Virus record (IMG/VR): IMGVR_UViG_3300006927_000001
Location: 17,874 to 81,873 of that record
Origin: a virus
DNA length: 64,000 bases
Direction: 5' to 3' (one strand)
In this document: positions 8,102 through 18,636 of the stretch, piece by piece
Layout of the letters: each line of letters opens with the position of its first letter
Position numbering within the stretch: the stretch's first letter is position 1
The notes under the pieces: model-generated
Told to the model about the DNA's origin: nothing
Database searches by the model: none
The model's input: the letters and a program-made list of their open reading frames with translations, nothing else
Translations under genes and position numbers: made by a program

Positions 8102-8644
8102 TCAAGAGGCTTCCCAAAAACAAAGAGCATACTCCTGCTCCTCATGCTTCCATTCAATAACTTTTTGACATCCCAAACGTGAAAATATGTCTTTTACATC
8201 CACAAATACTTGTAAATGAGCCACGTATTCATGTTGAATTGGTATAGATGCCCAAATTCGCCCTTTGATTGCGTCCAAAATCCCCAAAGGATCTTCCAAA
8301 TGTTCAATGACATCCCATAGAAACCAGTCCGTAATGTTCTCAGTATCCAAAACTTCTTGTATTATAGAGTACATGAATCCACAGAGCGGATAACGTGAAC
8401 GTGCAACATTGATTCGTACAACTGAGTAATCGATACCAATAGTATGCATTCCACGTTCATTCATATAGTTAACAAACCAGCCGGTCCCGCAACCAAGATC
8501 AACACCTTTACCACCAAATTCAAACTCCAGCAACCCGAGAATAGTTTCAACCGTCGATTCACACATAGGTGAATAATATTCAACATTATGCGGCATCAAT
8601 TTTTTCTCAGCTTCTGGGAGCATCATACCCATATTCCTTTGCAA
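8102..8644 (-). CDS. class I SAM-dependent methyltransferase
   Basis: VDLGCGTG motif I, GIDYS, and DVIEHLEDP. Confidence 0.9.
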   Translation of the reverse strand: MQRNMGMMLPEAEKKLMPHNVEYYSPMCESTVETILGLLEFEFGGKGVDLGCGTGWFVNYMNERGMHTIGIDYSVVRINVARSRYPLCGFMYSIIQEVLDTENITDWFLWDVIEHLEDPLGILDAIKGRIWASIPIQHEYVAHLQVFVDVKDIFSRLGCQKVIEWKHEEQEYALCFWEAS

Positions 8645-9200
8645 TGAAACAAAATTCAGCCCAACGAGTACAACTAGACCAATTTACGGTGGGACGTTCA
8701 CGACTATTGTACGTCTTAGATACGGAATCAAATGCTGGCCTACAATGGCCCGCCCTTATACCTAATCCAAACAGAAAATTAACAAGGAAACCATATGACA
8801 AATCCTCAACATGCCATTCTAACAAACATTCTTCCGTACAACGTGCTGTCCATTGTATCCAAAATTCAAGCACTTGATCACGCTTATCTACTAAAGAATC
8901 CAAAGTACAATGATTATGTAAAAATGCCCCATACACACTCAAATCGTTACCAAACGCTCCAGGAACCGCAAACATTGAATCTACAACTAAGAATGGATTC
9001 CGTATCAAATGTACTTTCACAGCTTCAGGAAATTGTCCCAAAGAAGGTACTGCCATCCAAGATGAATCCGCATCCATACCTGACTTAACACCATAAGGTG
9101 TGAACACAGATTCATGTCCGCATGGTAATCCTAAAGCTGTAATAGCTTTAGCTACGTAACCCGTCCCACAACGTCCTGTTCCTGTCACAATTAATTTCAT
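8607..9200 (-). CDS. sulfotransferase-fold protein
   Basis: VTGTGRCGT (5'-PSB loop) followed by HE, and HLIRNP..VVDS (3'-PB motif). Confidence 0.75.
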   Translation of the reverse strand: MKLIVTGTGRCGTGYVAKAITALGLPCGHESVFTPYGVKSGMDADSSWMAVPSLGQFPEAVKVHLIRNPFLVVDSMFAVPGAFGNDLSVYGAFLHNHCTLDSLVDKRDQVLEFWIQWTARCTEECLLEWHVEDLSYGFLVNFLFGLGIRAGHCRPAFDSVSKTYNSRERPTVNWSSCTRWAEFCFIAKEYGYDAPRS

Positions 9201-10197
9201 CCCTTTGTTCCTTGTGTTACATTAAAGAAAAAAACAAATCATTATCGAAGGTTGCACGTTTTGCCATTACATCTCCAATGTTACACGAGTTAAGTGACGG
9301 TTTTCTGCTGACATTTTACGCCATTTGATCCAACAGCCAAGAACAAGTGATTCAGAAAATGGAAATTCCCATTCCTCAGTCTTTGCATGTACACTCCATT
9401 CTGTGATAATGCGTGCAATTAATTTTGCACACATTACCTTATTTGTGATCCAATGATCAGACCCAGGATTTTCAGTATTTCCATATGTACGAATAATCGC
9501 ACGAGCTAACGACTTTGGTTCACAAATATTTGTAATGGTTCCTAGCATCCTGGTTTCTCCTCTTTGTTTCGAGTTGCAATTTGACGCAATCGTCCTATTG
9601 CAAAATCATGTAATTCTCGTGACCAAGTAAGAGCATACACAACATCTTGTATCAAACTCACATGTTCTTCTGTCAATTCAGTTTCCTTCATTATGTGCTT
9701 GGAAACTGCTTTAGCTACTTTGGCCCGGTGTGCGGACATTTTTTTACCTCATTCAATCTAAGTGTTGGACCATCAGGCAAGTGTGTTACCATAGAATTAC
9801 TCCCCAATAAAAACCATGCCAACCATCATAATAGTACGCATCAGGTGCAACATACAGATAGTTACGTTGATGCATGATCCTGGTATCATTGTTGTATGAC
9901 TGAATTTGACGTTCAACTTCCAGCCAAGGATTAACAGGCTTGTATGCACGCTTTGCCAAACGTGCAGCATAACGTGTTTCCTGTTTCGCTTTCCAGGATA
10001 CACGATCACCGAAACAAGCACCCGTTAATAGTAACCAAACAACCAAGATTCTAAGTATCATCGAACCTACTCCCTTTTAAAGTATCAAAAGTTTGTCAAT
10101 TCCTGTTTCATCTTTAGCAGGTACAACTTCCCAATATGGATCTTTCAAATCCACTTCTGTAGGTTTCGGCCATTTAAAATCATAATAACAAAATAAA

Positions 10198-10422
10198 TCA
10201 TCTGAATTCTCCCAGACATCTTTCTACACCAAAAACCTTGGTCCCCATTTCATGTTCAAGTACAAAGTCTTGAGGATGATGAATCTGTAAGCCACATGCA
10301 ACACGTATTGCCATAATTTCAATTTTTGCACGCGAACCTGGCCTTGCATTTGTTTTTTTACTTGGACCAAAAGGTATAAAATCTTCTGAATCCAACCCAG
10401 CTTCAATTGAATTATTGTACAT
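10198..10422 (-). CDS. small protein with planctomycete-type motif
   Basis: TNARPGSRAKIEIMAIRVACGLQIHHPQD resembles the T.A.PGS.EK..VL..R...G.PLWHP.D motif that I recall from Planctomycetota proteins. Confidence 0.6.
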   Translation of the reverse strand: MYNNSIEAGLDSEDFIPFGPSKKTNARPGSRAKIEIMAIRVACGLQIHHPQDFVLEHEMGTKVFGVERCLGEFR

Positions 10423-10425
10423 TTG

Positions 10426-10935
10426 TCACTCCTTGTAATTGTACAACTCAAAATCCTCGGCACCCCACCGACGAACTTGCTCCTTTATGCATCCATCTAC
10501 ATACCAATCTTGATCATCAACATCACCAATATTCAAATGTGGAATGTTAATAGGTAAACCAGCATTCACCAAACATGTTTCTATATTTTCTACTTGCCAA
10601 TAATCACACGGAGGTTCAAAACCACGCATCATTTCAGAAATTGTAATGTTGAAAAGACCACTACGTAAATGTTCAAAGACAAAAACGTCCCAAGTACATC
10701 CATTATGATATTTGACCCAATGAGCAAATAAAGAACGAGCACGATCATAGGGATTTCGAACAGTTACACAAAAATTACCTTTAAATCCAAAAGGAATGGA
10801 TGTAGTATGTTTGTCAATTTGACCATCTAACTGTGGACCCAATACTAAAACACCTGGCGGACATAAATGACGATGCAAGGACGTCGTATATGTCTTTGGT
10901 GGACCAATGATACAATGATTTCGGATCAATATCAT
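10426..10935 (-). CDS. sulfotransferase family 2-like protein
   Basis: GPPKTYTTSL, VRNPYDRARSLF, PHLN, and C-terminal EDFELYNY. Confidence 0.8.
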   Translation of the reverse strand: MILIRNHCIIGPPKTYTTSLHRHLCPPGVLVLGPQLDGQIDKHTTSIPFGFKGNFCVTVRNPYDRARSLFAHWVKYHNGCTWDVFVFEHLRSGLFNITISEMMRGFEPPCDYWQVENIETCLVNAGLPINIPHLNIGDVDDQDWYVDGCIKEQVRRWGAEDFELYNYKE

Positions 10936-10938
10936 AAT

Positions 10939-11154
10939 TTACTCTTTTGGCATTATTATAAATCTAAATTTGTAAATTTCAGAGAGTGATTGAAGTAATT
11001 CAATCGTTGGATTCCCTTTATCATTTTCAATGTACCATAAATGTTGTCGACCAATACCAGCCCTCTGTGCAGCTTCATGTCGGGACAGTTTCGCTTTTGC
11101 CCGTGCAGCTTTTAATTGATTTCCGATCATCCGTTTCTCCCTTTCATTTACCAC
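10939..11154 (-). CDS. XRE-family HTH transcriptional regulator
   Basis: LKAARAKAKLSRHEAAQRAGIGRQHLWYIENDKGNPTIELL. Confidence 0.9.
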   Translation of the reverse strand: MVNEREKRMIGNQLKAARAKAKLSRHEAAQRAGIGRQHLWYIENDKGNPTIELLQSLSEIYKFRFIIMPKE

Positions 11155-11160
11155 AGATCA

Positions 11161-11835
11161 TCATTCAACAATTCCTGACCAGTAATTCATACATTCAGTA
11201 AGTTCTTTAAATGTGGGACGTGTATCTAGCACACGGTTTAATGTACAAAAATCCATACATTCTATGACACGAAAAACAATTGTAGTTCCTACACGTACAA
11301 TTGGTTTGATATTTTGTCGTAATCTGTAATACCACAAAATACAAAATTCGTATATTCCTTGTTGCATTCCCCACATGAAATCTTGATCCAAAATCAACCC
11401 ACCATGATTCATGTACATAAACCAGTTTTTGATAACATGAGAAGCTGTAGCTTTACATTTAAAAGCATCGATGAACATCAAACGTATGCCACAACCATTC
11501 CACTTGTATTTTTGAATGTCTCCTTCTTGAACATGTAAGCGTACACATTCTTCAGTATTTTTGAGGAATAATTCACGAAAAGATTCACCAACGGTGCCAC
11601 CTTTCATCCATTCTTCCCAAATGAAACGATCATAACAAAAATGATTCTCATTTCTTCGTAAATGTTGATTTAACAAGTCTGTTGAAAGACCTAAATATGT
11701 GCCAAATTCAATTATTTCACCATGTGTGTCACCAAGATCACGTGGAAGACCTTTTCTTAAATAACTAATTTCTGTAGGTGACAATGCCCCTTTAATATCA
11801 GAGAACTCTCGTTGTTTCCAGAAAAGTATGGCCAC
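11161..11835 (-). CDS. class I SAM methyltransferase (Methyltransf_24/TylF-like)
   Basis: IIEFGTYLGLST, CYDRF, LMFIDA, and GGLILDQDF. Confidence 0.8.
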   Translation of the reverse strand: MAILFWKQREFSDIKGALSPTEISYLRKGLPRDLGDTHGEIIEFGTYLGLSTDLLNQHLRRNENHFCYDRFIWEEWMKGGTVGESFRELFLKNTEECVRLHVQEGDIQKYKWNGCGIRLMFIDAFKCKATASHVIKNWFMYMNHGGLILDQDFMWGMQQGIYEFCILWYYRLRQNIKPIVRVGTTIVFRVIECMDFCTLNRVLDTRPTFKELTECMNYWSGIVE

Positions 11836-12861
11836 AATTTTTGCACTCCCATTTTACCAATTCTAATAGACCCACTAACCCTGATTCACATTCAGGGCAT
11901 GAAGGAATCTTCAATGTCGTCAATGTCTTCAAATCCTTCAGGAGGTTTGCTGGCTCTTGTACGACCTGCTGCGGAAACATGCAAGTATTGTTCCAACGCG
12001 TATTCAAGGTTTCTTCGCTCATGTTTCACTCCTTCTTTGTCCACTACCAATTTATTGGTCTGAATTTCCACGCTATTTTCTTGCCAATCCTCTCCTGCAA
12101 GTTTAGTTTCATGAGTTTGTGTGATCCCATTCCCAGATGTTGCGATCCAAGAAGCAATGATATGGGAAATGTTTGCACAATGTCCTTCATAGTTAGGAAC
12201 TTGTGGATTCAAAATCACTTTCATTGATAGACTCTTTCATAATAGTAAATATTAGTGTTAGGTACCCGTCTGTATACATGCACAGGGATAGAACTTGTAG
12301 GTTTTTCAATAAAATCAACAGGTACAGGTACCCTACATTGATACAAAAAAGTGTTGCGATAGTTGCAAACTTTTATTTGCATACCATCTGCAGGTCCGCG
12401 TTTTAGTACAATGATCATTAGCTCACTCCAATTGTTGTATGGCCCTTCTCATCATGTTAATTGTTACTCGACCATCACCTTGGGCGGCTATTTCTTTTGC
12501 TTTTTCCATGATTCGGAAACGTCGTTCGTCTTGCTGTTTTCTTAACCATTCAAAAGTTTCTGGCTCGTAAGTGATTTTTATTTCTGGTTGAGTCAATCTT
12601 CGTGTATGTGCTTCTACTATTTCTCTGATTTCTTCAAGTAAACGTTTATTATCCGCACGTTCCCGTTCAAGATTTTTGAAATGAGGAAAGTAATCCACCA
12701 CTCTTGATTCAGTTATCGAAATACAACCCAAGGCATCAAATGTAGATTTCTCCCAAGGAATACTTGAATCATGTTCAACTGCAATACTAATAGCAGATGT
12801 AATATCAGGAGCAATAACTGTCATACTGTGACCTTTATGGTCAAGCTTATACAAATTCATA

Positions 12862-13458
12862 CTACCATCCCCATTCTTGACGATTTGACATGTAACCCAG
12901 CGTCGAACACCCATCACCCAAATGTTTGACAAGTGTAGGACTGTGACAAAATAACGCAATATTCAACTTTTCCAAAGCTAAACTTAAATAACCATCTATG
13001 TGTTTGTTTTCTGGTACACATGTCGGCATAACTTCAAATAATTGTTTGGCTACATCAACATGCATACAAAAGAACAAAGCACCACACAAACCAAAACCAG
13101 CTTCTACCTGAAACCAACCTTGAATTTCTGATCTATGATGTACAGTAGACAAATATGGACTGTACACATGATCAGGATACAAATTAGAAAGGACATTACG
13201 TAAAACAGGTTTTACAATGAGATCATCTTGAACAATTCCAAACCAATCTGTACAATTGTCACAAGCATACGATAATGCTCGCCTCCAATTAGTGTATGCA
13301 CCTAAAGTTGTTTGATTCTGAATCACTTGACAATCAGGTTCAACAGAATCAGGTTCACAAAAAACTGTAATATTTGTAAAATCCGCAGTTTTCAAACTTG
13401 ATACAGTATTATGTATTACCACCTTTGATCTAGGTGCAGTTGTCATCATCAATTGCAT
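12862..13458 (-). CDS. GT-A fold glycosyltransferase
   Basis: IVQDD (DxD-like), CGALFF, HID, and HSPTLVKHLG; paralog of 43743..44438. Confidence 0.75.
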   Translation of the reverse strand: MQLMMTTAPRSKVVIHNTVSSLKTADFTNITVFCEPDSVEPDCQVIQNQTTLGAYTNWRRALSYACDNCTDWFGIVQDDLIVKPVLRNVLSNLYPDHVYSPYLSTVHHRSEIQGWFQVEAGFGLCGALFFCMHVDVAKQLFEVMPTCVPENKHIDGYLSLALEKLNIALFCHSPTLVKHLGDGCSTLGYMSNRQEWGW

Positions 13459-14297
13459 AACATTTCATCCATTTCAATTGAAAGAACAGGTTTTTGTGAC
13501 ACTTGATGAATCTTTATTGCCTGTAAATGACAACTTTCTACAAATAATACAGCAGTTGATTGTGCGTATACTTGACCTTTCCATTTACCATACGGTCCTG
13601 CAGTTTTTCTACGTTCAGCTGCAATTTTTGCTGGGTACATTTGTATAGAAGTTGCACGTATGTTATGATTCTGTAACCATGCTTCCGTGATTGGACGAAA
13701 ACGTTCCAGACGATGAGTACAAATACTTTGAAAAGATCTTGGACAAAATAAAGGTCTGAGACGACGAATTTCCTCTATGTATGCTTCTTGATCATCATCA
13801 AAGATTGATGGATCTTCACAAATAACACCATCCATGTCTATCATCATACTCGTTGTCAACCAAGATTGATGCCAATTCCAAGCAAAGATCCTTGGATTTG
13901 GGATCACTCGCTCATAAAGTAAAGGTCTATTCAGTATCGAAGCATACAAACATGCAGGCAAGATCGTGTGACCATTAAAATTTTTAAATTTCACATTTGC
14001 ACGACCTTGTGTCAATGTATTAAGTGTTAAAAGAGACTGAACACTGTCATCTAATAGTAATAGTGTAGCTCCTTTTGGTATTTCACTGTCGATCCTACTA
14101 CCGCCGGATTCAAAACCCGCATTAGTGTAATGACTTATGGTGGTAAAAGGTACATTCAAGTGTGTAGCAAGATGAGCAGCAGGAATCACACCACTACGAG
14201 GAATACCTATGACTCCATCAATTTTGGGCAGCTTGCTCGCAAAGGATACTACATCCTTATGCATTTGGGCCCAAGATACATAATTTATTCTTTCCAT
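13449..14297 (-). CDS. phosphoribosyltransferase-HAD fusion protein
   Basis: GIPRSG and LLLLDDSVQS (PRPP-binding loop), followed by the HAD motif MIDMDGVIC. Confidence 0.8.
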   Translation of the reverse strand: MERINYVSWAQMHKDVVSFASKLPKIDGVIGIPRSGVIPAAHLATHLNVPFTTISHYTNAGFESGGSRIDSEIPKGATLLLLDDSVQSLLTLNTLTQGRANVKFKNFNGHTILPACLYASILNRPLLYERVIPNPRIFAWNWHQSWLTTSMMIDMDGVICEDPSIFDDDQEAYIEEIRRLRPLFCPRSFQSICTHRLERFRPITEAWLQNHNIRATSIQMYPAKIAAERRKTAGPYGKWKGQVYAQSTAVLFVESCHLQAIKIHQVSQKPVLSIEMDEMLCN

Positions 14298-14821
14298 GCC
14301 GCAACTCCTAAATTAACAGGTCCATGATCTATGCCTCGTGGCTTGAAAATACTTATTGGTTCTTTGAAACCTACATCCTGTAACAATTTAACCAAAGATT
14401 GGAAAGTGAAACAAGACTTGTGAAAATTTAGACCAGTACCTTCTGTCTCATAAGCAAATAAACGACCATTGATCCATGTCATGAAATCATCATGAGGATT
14501 CATACGTCGCCAATCATCAGGTATTTCTTCCTGAATAAATGCCGAAGTCACAACACGAAAATTCACGGTCCATACTTCAAATGATCCACCAGGTTTTAGA
14601 ATCCTATATACCTCTTTCAAAGCAGCATGTACCCTATACCAAGGAACGTGTTCAATGACATGACTTGCATACACAAGATCATATGTTTCATCTTCAATGG
14701 GAAGAAGATCGTTACCCCAGAAACAATGATACGTGGCTGGTTGATTCAGGTCCGCTGTTAAACTGTCAAAGCCAGCAACAGGATATTCTCCGGGACCGAT
14801 CTCAAGACTTTTCATGTTCAT
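14285..14821 (-). CDS. class I SAM-dependent methyltransferase
   Basis: LEIGPG, YDLVYASHVIEH, and EVYRILKPGG. Confidence 0.9.
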   Translation of the reverse strand: MNMKSLEIGPGEYPVAGFDSLTADLNQPATYHCFWGNDLLPIEDETYDLVYASHVIEHVPWYRVHAALKEVYRILKPGGSFEVWTVNFRVVTSAFIQEEIPDDWRRMNPHDDFMTWINGRLFAYETEGTGLNFHKSCFTFQSLVKLLQDVGFKEPISIFKPRGIDHGPVNLGVAAWKE

Positions 14822-15233
14822 ACTCCGAGTGAATTAATGTAATCAATAAAATCAGATACATAGTTTTCATGGAAAATATGACCGAAAGGAAATTTTTCCA
14901 ACCAAGCATCCACGGATTGTGATGTAAATAAAATTATCAATTTTTCACGAACTATCGCCTTATTCATACCTCAAGTTCCTTCAAGTGGGTAATCACAATC
15001 TTGTATCCATGTATCAAATGAATAACACCAAGATCGCCCAGTGTGTCCTAACACACATTTGTAGCTTTTAAATTTAATACAAATTTCGTGGGTAGATCGT
15101 TCAAAACCTGGGATATGTCCTTTCGCATCTACATGAAATGTGTTAATCATTGCAGTCTTATTGGCTGCGTCACATGCTTTGTCAAAGTTGGTGTTTGTGC
15201 GATATATTCGAATTTCGATTTTTTCGTTCAATT

Positions 15234-16067
15234 TCATACTTCCAGTTCTCCAAAATCAATTGCGGGATGATACTTATACAGAGACAAGTACGCTGTCCAG
15301 GATTCAAAATCCTGATCATCTTTAAACTCTACGTGAACCATTGGTAACTTGTGAGGTGAACGTGAGAGTTGTGTAACAATACCCTCATGTTGGTTCTCAT
15401 AAATGTGAGCATCAGCAAAATTAGCAGACAATCCACCGACACTCAATCCTGACCACTTAGCCAAGAGATGCGTTAACAAAGCATATGATGCAATGTTCGT
15501 TGGAACACCAACAGGAAAGTCACATGAACGTTGATGCCAATGCATATGGATTTTACCACCATATACAACCACGTTCCATAAGACGTGACAAGGTGGTAAT
15601 GCCATACGCTCATGCTCATCTGGTCGCCAGGCTGATACAACCATACGACGATCATCGCCACCCCTTTTCAAAGCAGACAATACGTGATCAAGTTGCCCAT
15701 GAGCATTCCATTGAGCACCGTAGACTGGTCCAAGATCACCTTTTCGGTAGATTTGTTTGGCTTCAGGATCAAAGATTCCGCGATCATTGAGATTGTTTGC
15801 CCATTCTTTCCAAAATGTACAACCATTTTCCTCAAACTCAGCTTGAGTCATCCTCCCTTCAATAAATGAACGAAGTTCACCAGCCATCCCTTTCCACCAC
15901 ATTTGTCGTGTGGTAATGAACGGGAATCCATCAGCCAGGTCATGATCAAACCTGAGATGCGGAAGACCAATCGTTTTGTTCTTTGTTTGACCAGATTCTA
16001 TACGTGTTGGACGTTTTTCCACACCACGTGTATAAATACGACCCAAAAGATCTAAGTAAGCTTTCAT
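15234..16067 (-). CDS. thyA: thymidylate synthase
   Basis: DLGPVYGAQW, ALPPCH, QRSCD...GVPTN, and AHIYEN. Confidence 0.95.
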   Translation of the reverse strand: MKAYLDLLGRIYTRGVEKRPTRIESGQTKNKTIGLPHLRFDHDLADGFPFITTRQMWWKGMAGELRSFIEGRMTQAEFEENGCTFWKEWANNLNDRGIFDPEAKQIYRKGDLGPVYGAQWNAHGQLDHVLSALKRGGDDRRMVVSAWRPDEHERMALPPCHVLWNVVVYGGKIHMHWHQRSCDFPVGVPTNIASYALLTHLLAKWSGLSVGGLSANFADAHIYENQHEGIVTQLSRSPHKLPMVHVEFKDDQDFESWTAYLSLYKYHPAIDFGELEV

Positions 16068-16561
16068 TTTAGTACCTCATTGACCCAAGCAGGTGAACGA
16101 CAAATCTTGTGAGCCAATTCATCGATTGTCATTTGTGGATTACGAGACAATATCTTTACTAAATGTTTCTTGTATTCTTCAGGTTTCGTTTCAATACGTG
16201 GTTGACTTGGAATTAGAACTATCGATTCAGTATCATCTAATTTTACGATATGAATTACAATAGTTTTCCAACCCAGCAACTTTGCCACATGTACCCGAGC
16301 CAAACCATCAATTAAGACGGCATTTGGACCCTGAGCACGACACAAGATTGGATTTTGCTGTCCAACTGACTCCATATTATCTTTCAGTTCTTTTGAACCA
16401 TATTGACAAGATCGAATACTCTCATAAACGATCTTGTCAATTGAAATCGTTTGAAGACCAGGTTTTAATTCACTATCATCTTCCGGGGGTGGAAGTTTGC
16501 TGACAGGTGCAATTAAGCAAATGCCACATGTCTGCAGAAATGATCTGCGTTCAACTTTCAT
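16064..16561 (-). CDS. ParB-family protein with twin-arginine-like N-terminus
   Basis: GQQNPIL, LIDGLARV, and an HTH region paralogous to 45347..46384. Likely start MKVERRSFL at 16561. Confidence 0.8.
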   Translation of the reverse strand: MKVERRSFLQTCGICLIAPVSKLPPPEDDSELKPGLQTISIDKIVYESIRSCQYGSKELKDNMESVGQQNPILCRAQGPNAVLIDGLARVHVAKLLGWKTIVIHIVKLDDTESIVLIPSQPRIETKPEEYKKHLVKILSRNPQMTIDELAHKICRSPAWVNEVLK

Positions 16562-16680
16562 AATATTTCCATGTTCGCCACGCATCCAAGGATGCTTGAT
16601 TCCAAAAAATTCTTGCACGTTCAAGTGAGGATGTACCAGCACATTCCCATAAATTCAATCCACCACATATTCCTACAAAT

Positions 16681-16908
16681 TCACGGAAAAAACGTTTTCG
16701 TATTTCGCGATATTTTTGGTTGGTTCGTTTTGTCTGTTTGTTTGGGGTATCCCCTCCTGTCCAAGCAACTTTCATCCTCAACCTCCTCTTTAGATTCAGA
16801 ATCTTCTTCGTCCCAATCATCCTCAAATTCCTCAAATTCTTCGTCGCCAGCTTCATCTTCATCCTCTTCATCTTCGATCCAGCCATCGTCTTCAAGTTCT
16901 TCACTCAT
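16681..16908 (-). CDS. highly acidic small protein
   Basis: E/D-rich 75-aa ORF. Confidence 0.55.
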   Translation of the reverse strand: MSEELEDDGWIEDEEDEDEAGDEEFEEFEDDWDEEDSESKEEVEDESCLDRRGYPKQTDKTNQPKISRNTKTFFP

Positions 16909-18636
16909 GTAACCACCATTGTAAAAGGATTATTCCAACAAGCATACAAGACAAAACACAAAAAATCCAAAAAAGAAGTACATTGAATTTACGTTTGATC
17001 CAACAAGTTGTACAAGTATCTTCCTCTATCAAAAGAGTTTCTTGATCACATTTTGGACATTTCATTTTACTATTCTCCCTGTAACATTCGATCCGCTTCT
17101 TCCATCTTCCACAATTACACGAAACTTAACACCTTTTTGTTCAACATTCATTTGAATTCCTCCCAAACAAGTTCAAATGCACGAAACGCAGCAGGACGAA
17201 ATGCTGTATTCCCGCGAGCAAAATTGTTCACCAATTTAACAGTCCCTTGTTGATGCTCTTCTTCATACTCAGGATCAAGAACTTCAATTGCCCAAGTATT
17301 GATGGCATCAAGTTCTTGTCCAAGTTTTTTCATTTCAGCTTTGATTGTTTCAACCCGGCGAGCTTTGCGATAGGCAGCAGTCTTAATGTCCATTTTGTCA
17401 TCCTCCATATACGATGTAAATACCAGCGATCACAGTAAATGATACCAAAATCGCTATAAAACTAACCACACCTGTAAGCATGAAACTATCCAAAGTTTCA
17501 GCTTTCATCTTAGCTGGCCAAGGTTGATAAGGGCACCTTCATCACTGATAAATGTATTGTCTTGATCACGTACTAGTCGAATAACGATTTCACTTTTCAT
17601 CGTCCAAGCTCTCCTCAATACATTCACGTGCTTCTTCAGCACCTTTACGAAGTTCCGAAAAACTACGACCGATGTTCTTTGCAACGCTCGGCAAGCGATT
17701 TCCAAAAAACAACAAAGCAATCCCAGCAATAATGAACAATTCAACGTGGCCCGGCATACCGATCATTTGTTAAGCCTTTCAATTTCTTTGTTAGCACATT
17801 TCTCATAAAAGTAACCCATTAAAGCATTATAAGTGTTGAATACTTTATGAGTTGCACATTCTTTACAAATTTCACATGTGCGTCCCATCTTTGTTTTGTA
17901 CGCTGGCATGTTCGACCTCTGAATTTGTACATGATCGTCACTTGAATCAAACATGTTCAATCCTCACCCAACAGGCTAAAAAGGCTTGTTTGCAACCACC
18001 ACTGACATCTTTACTGAAATGTAATTTACGATCCCACCGATCAGCGGCAGCCATACGTATCAATTGATCCTCGATCGATCGCCTAAACTCATGGAATCCT
18101 TCTTCAGAACGTGCAATCTGGATTGCGGCGGCAATGTCTTTCAATGTAAGGGCTTGTGTACCCTCAACATCGATCTCATCCTTGGTCTTCATGCTTTAAC
18201 CTTTGGTATATTCTAAGTAAATTGATGATATTGACACGTAATTGATTCCAATCCAATCACCGGTGCATCAGGTCCAGCAATCATCGCCAATCTTTTCTTT
18301 GCTTAATATTGCGACGAATAGTTTCTTTTTCTGCTACTGTACCAAAAGTACTGTCAAAGTTTTCTTTGTAAGCAAGCATCCAAGCGTCCAACAACCCTCG
18401 CCCCATCAACATTTTTCCTTTCTTGCTTTTAATACTAGACAAATCGATACCTAATTTAATAGCAGTATCACAAACAAAACGACGTGATTCTAGTTTCAGT
18501 TTATGTGGTCTAATTTTGGGACCACGTATCCTTGCCAATTCTTCACAAAGACGTATTATTAGTAAAACGTCCTGTTTATTTGGCATCCTTTTTGGTTCTA
18601 ATTTCTCATTCATCAAAAAATTAGCCCATTTATCAA

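Noticed and set aside
15234-16067. dCMP hydroxymethylase or other base-modifying ThyA homologue
   Set aside because: It retains the dUMP-specifying Asn (GVPTN) and canonical motifs; with Dcd it fits ordinary dTTP supply.
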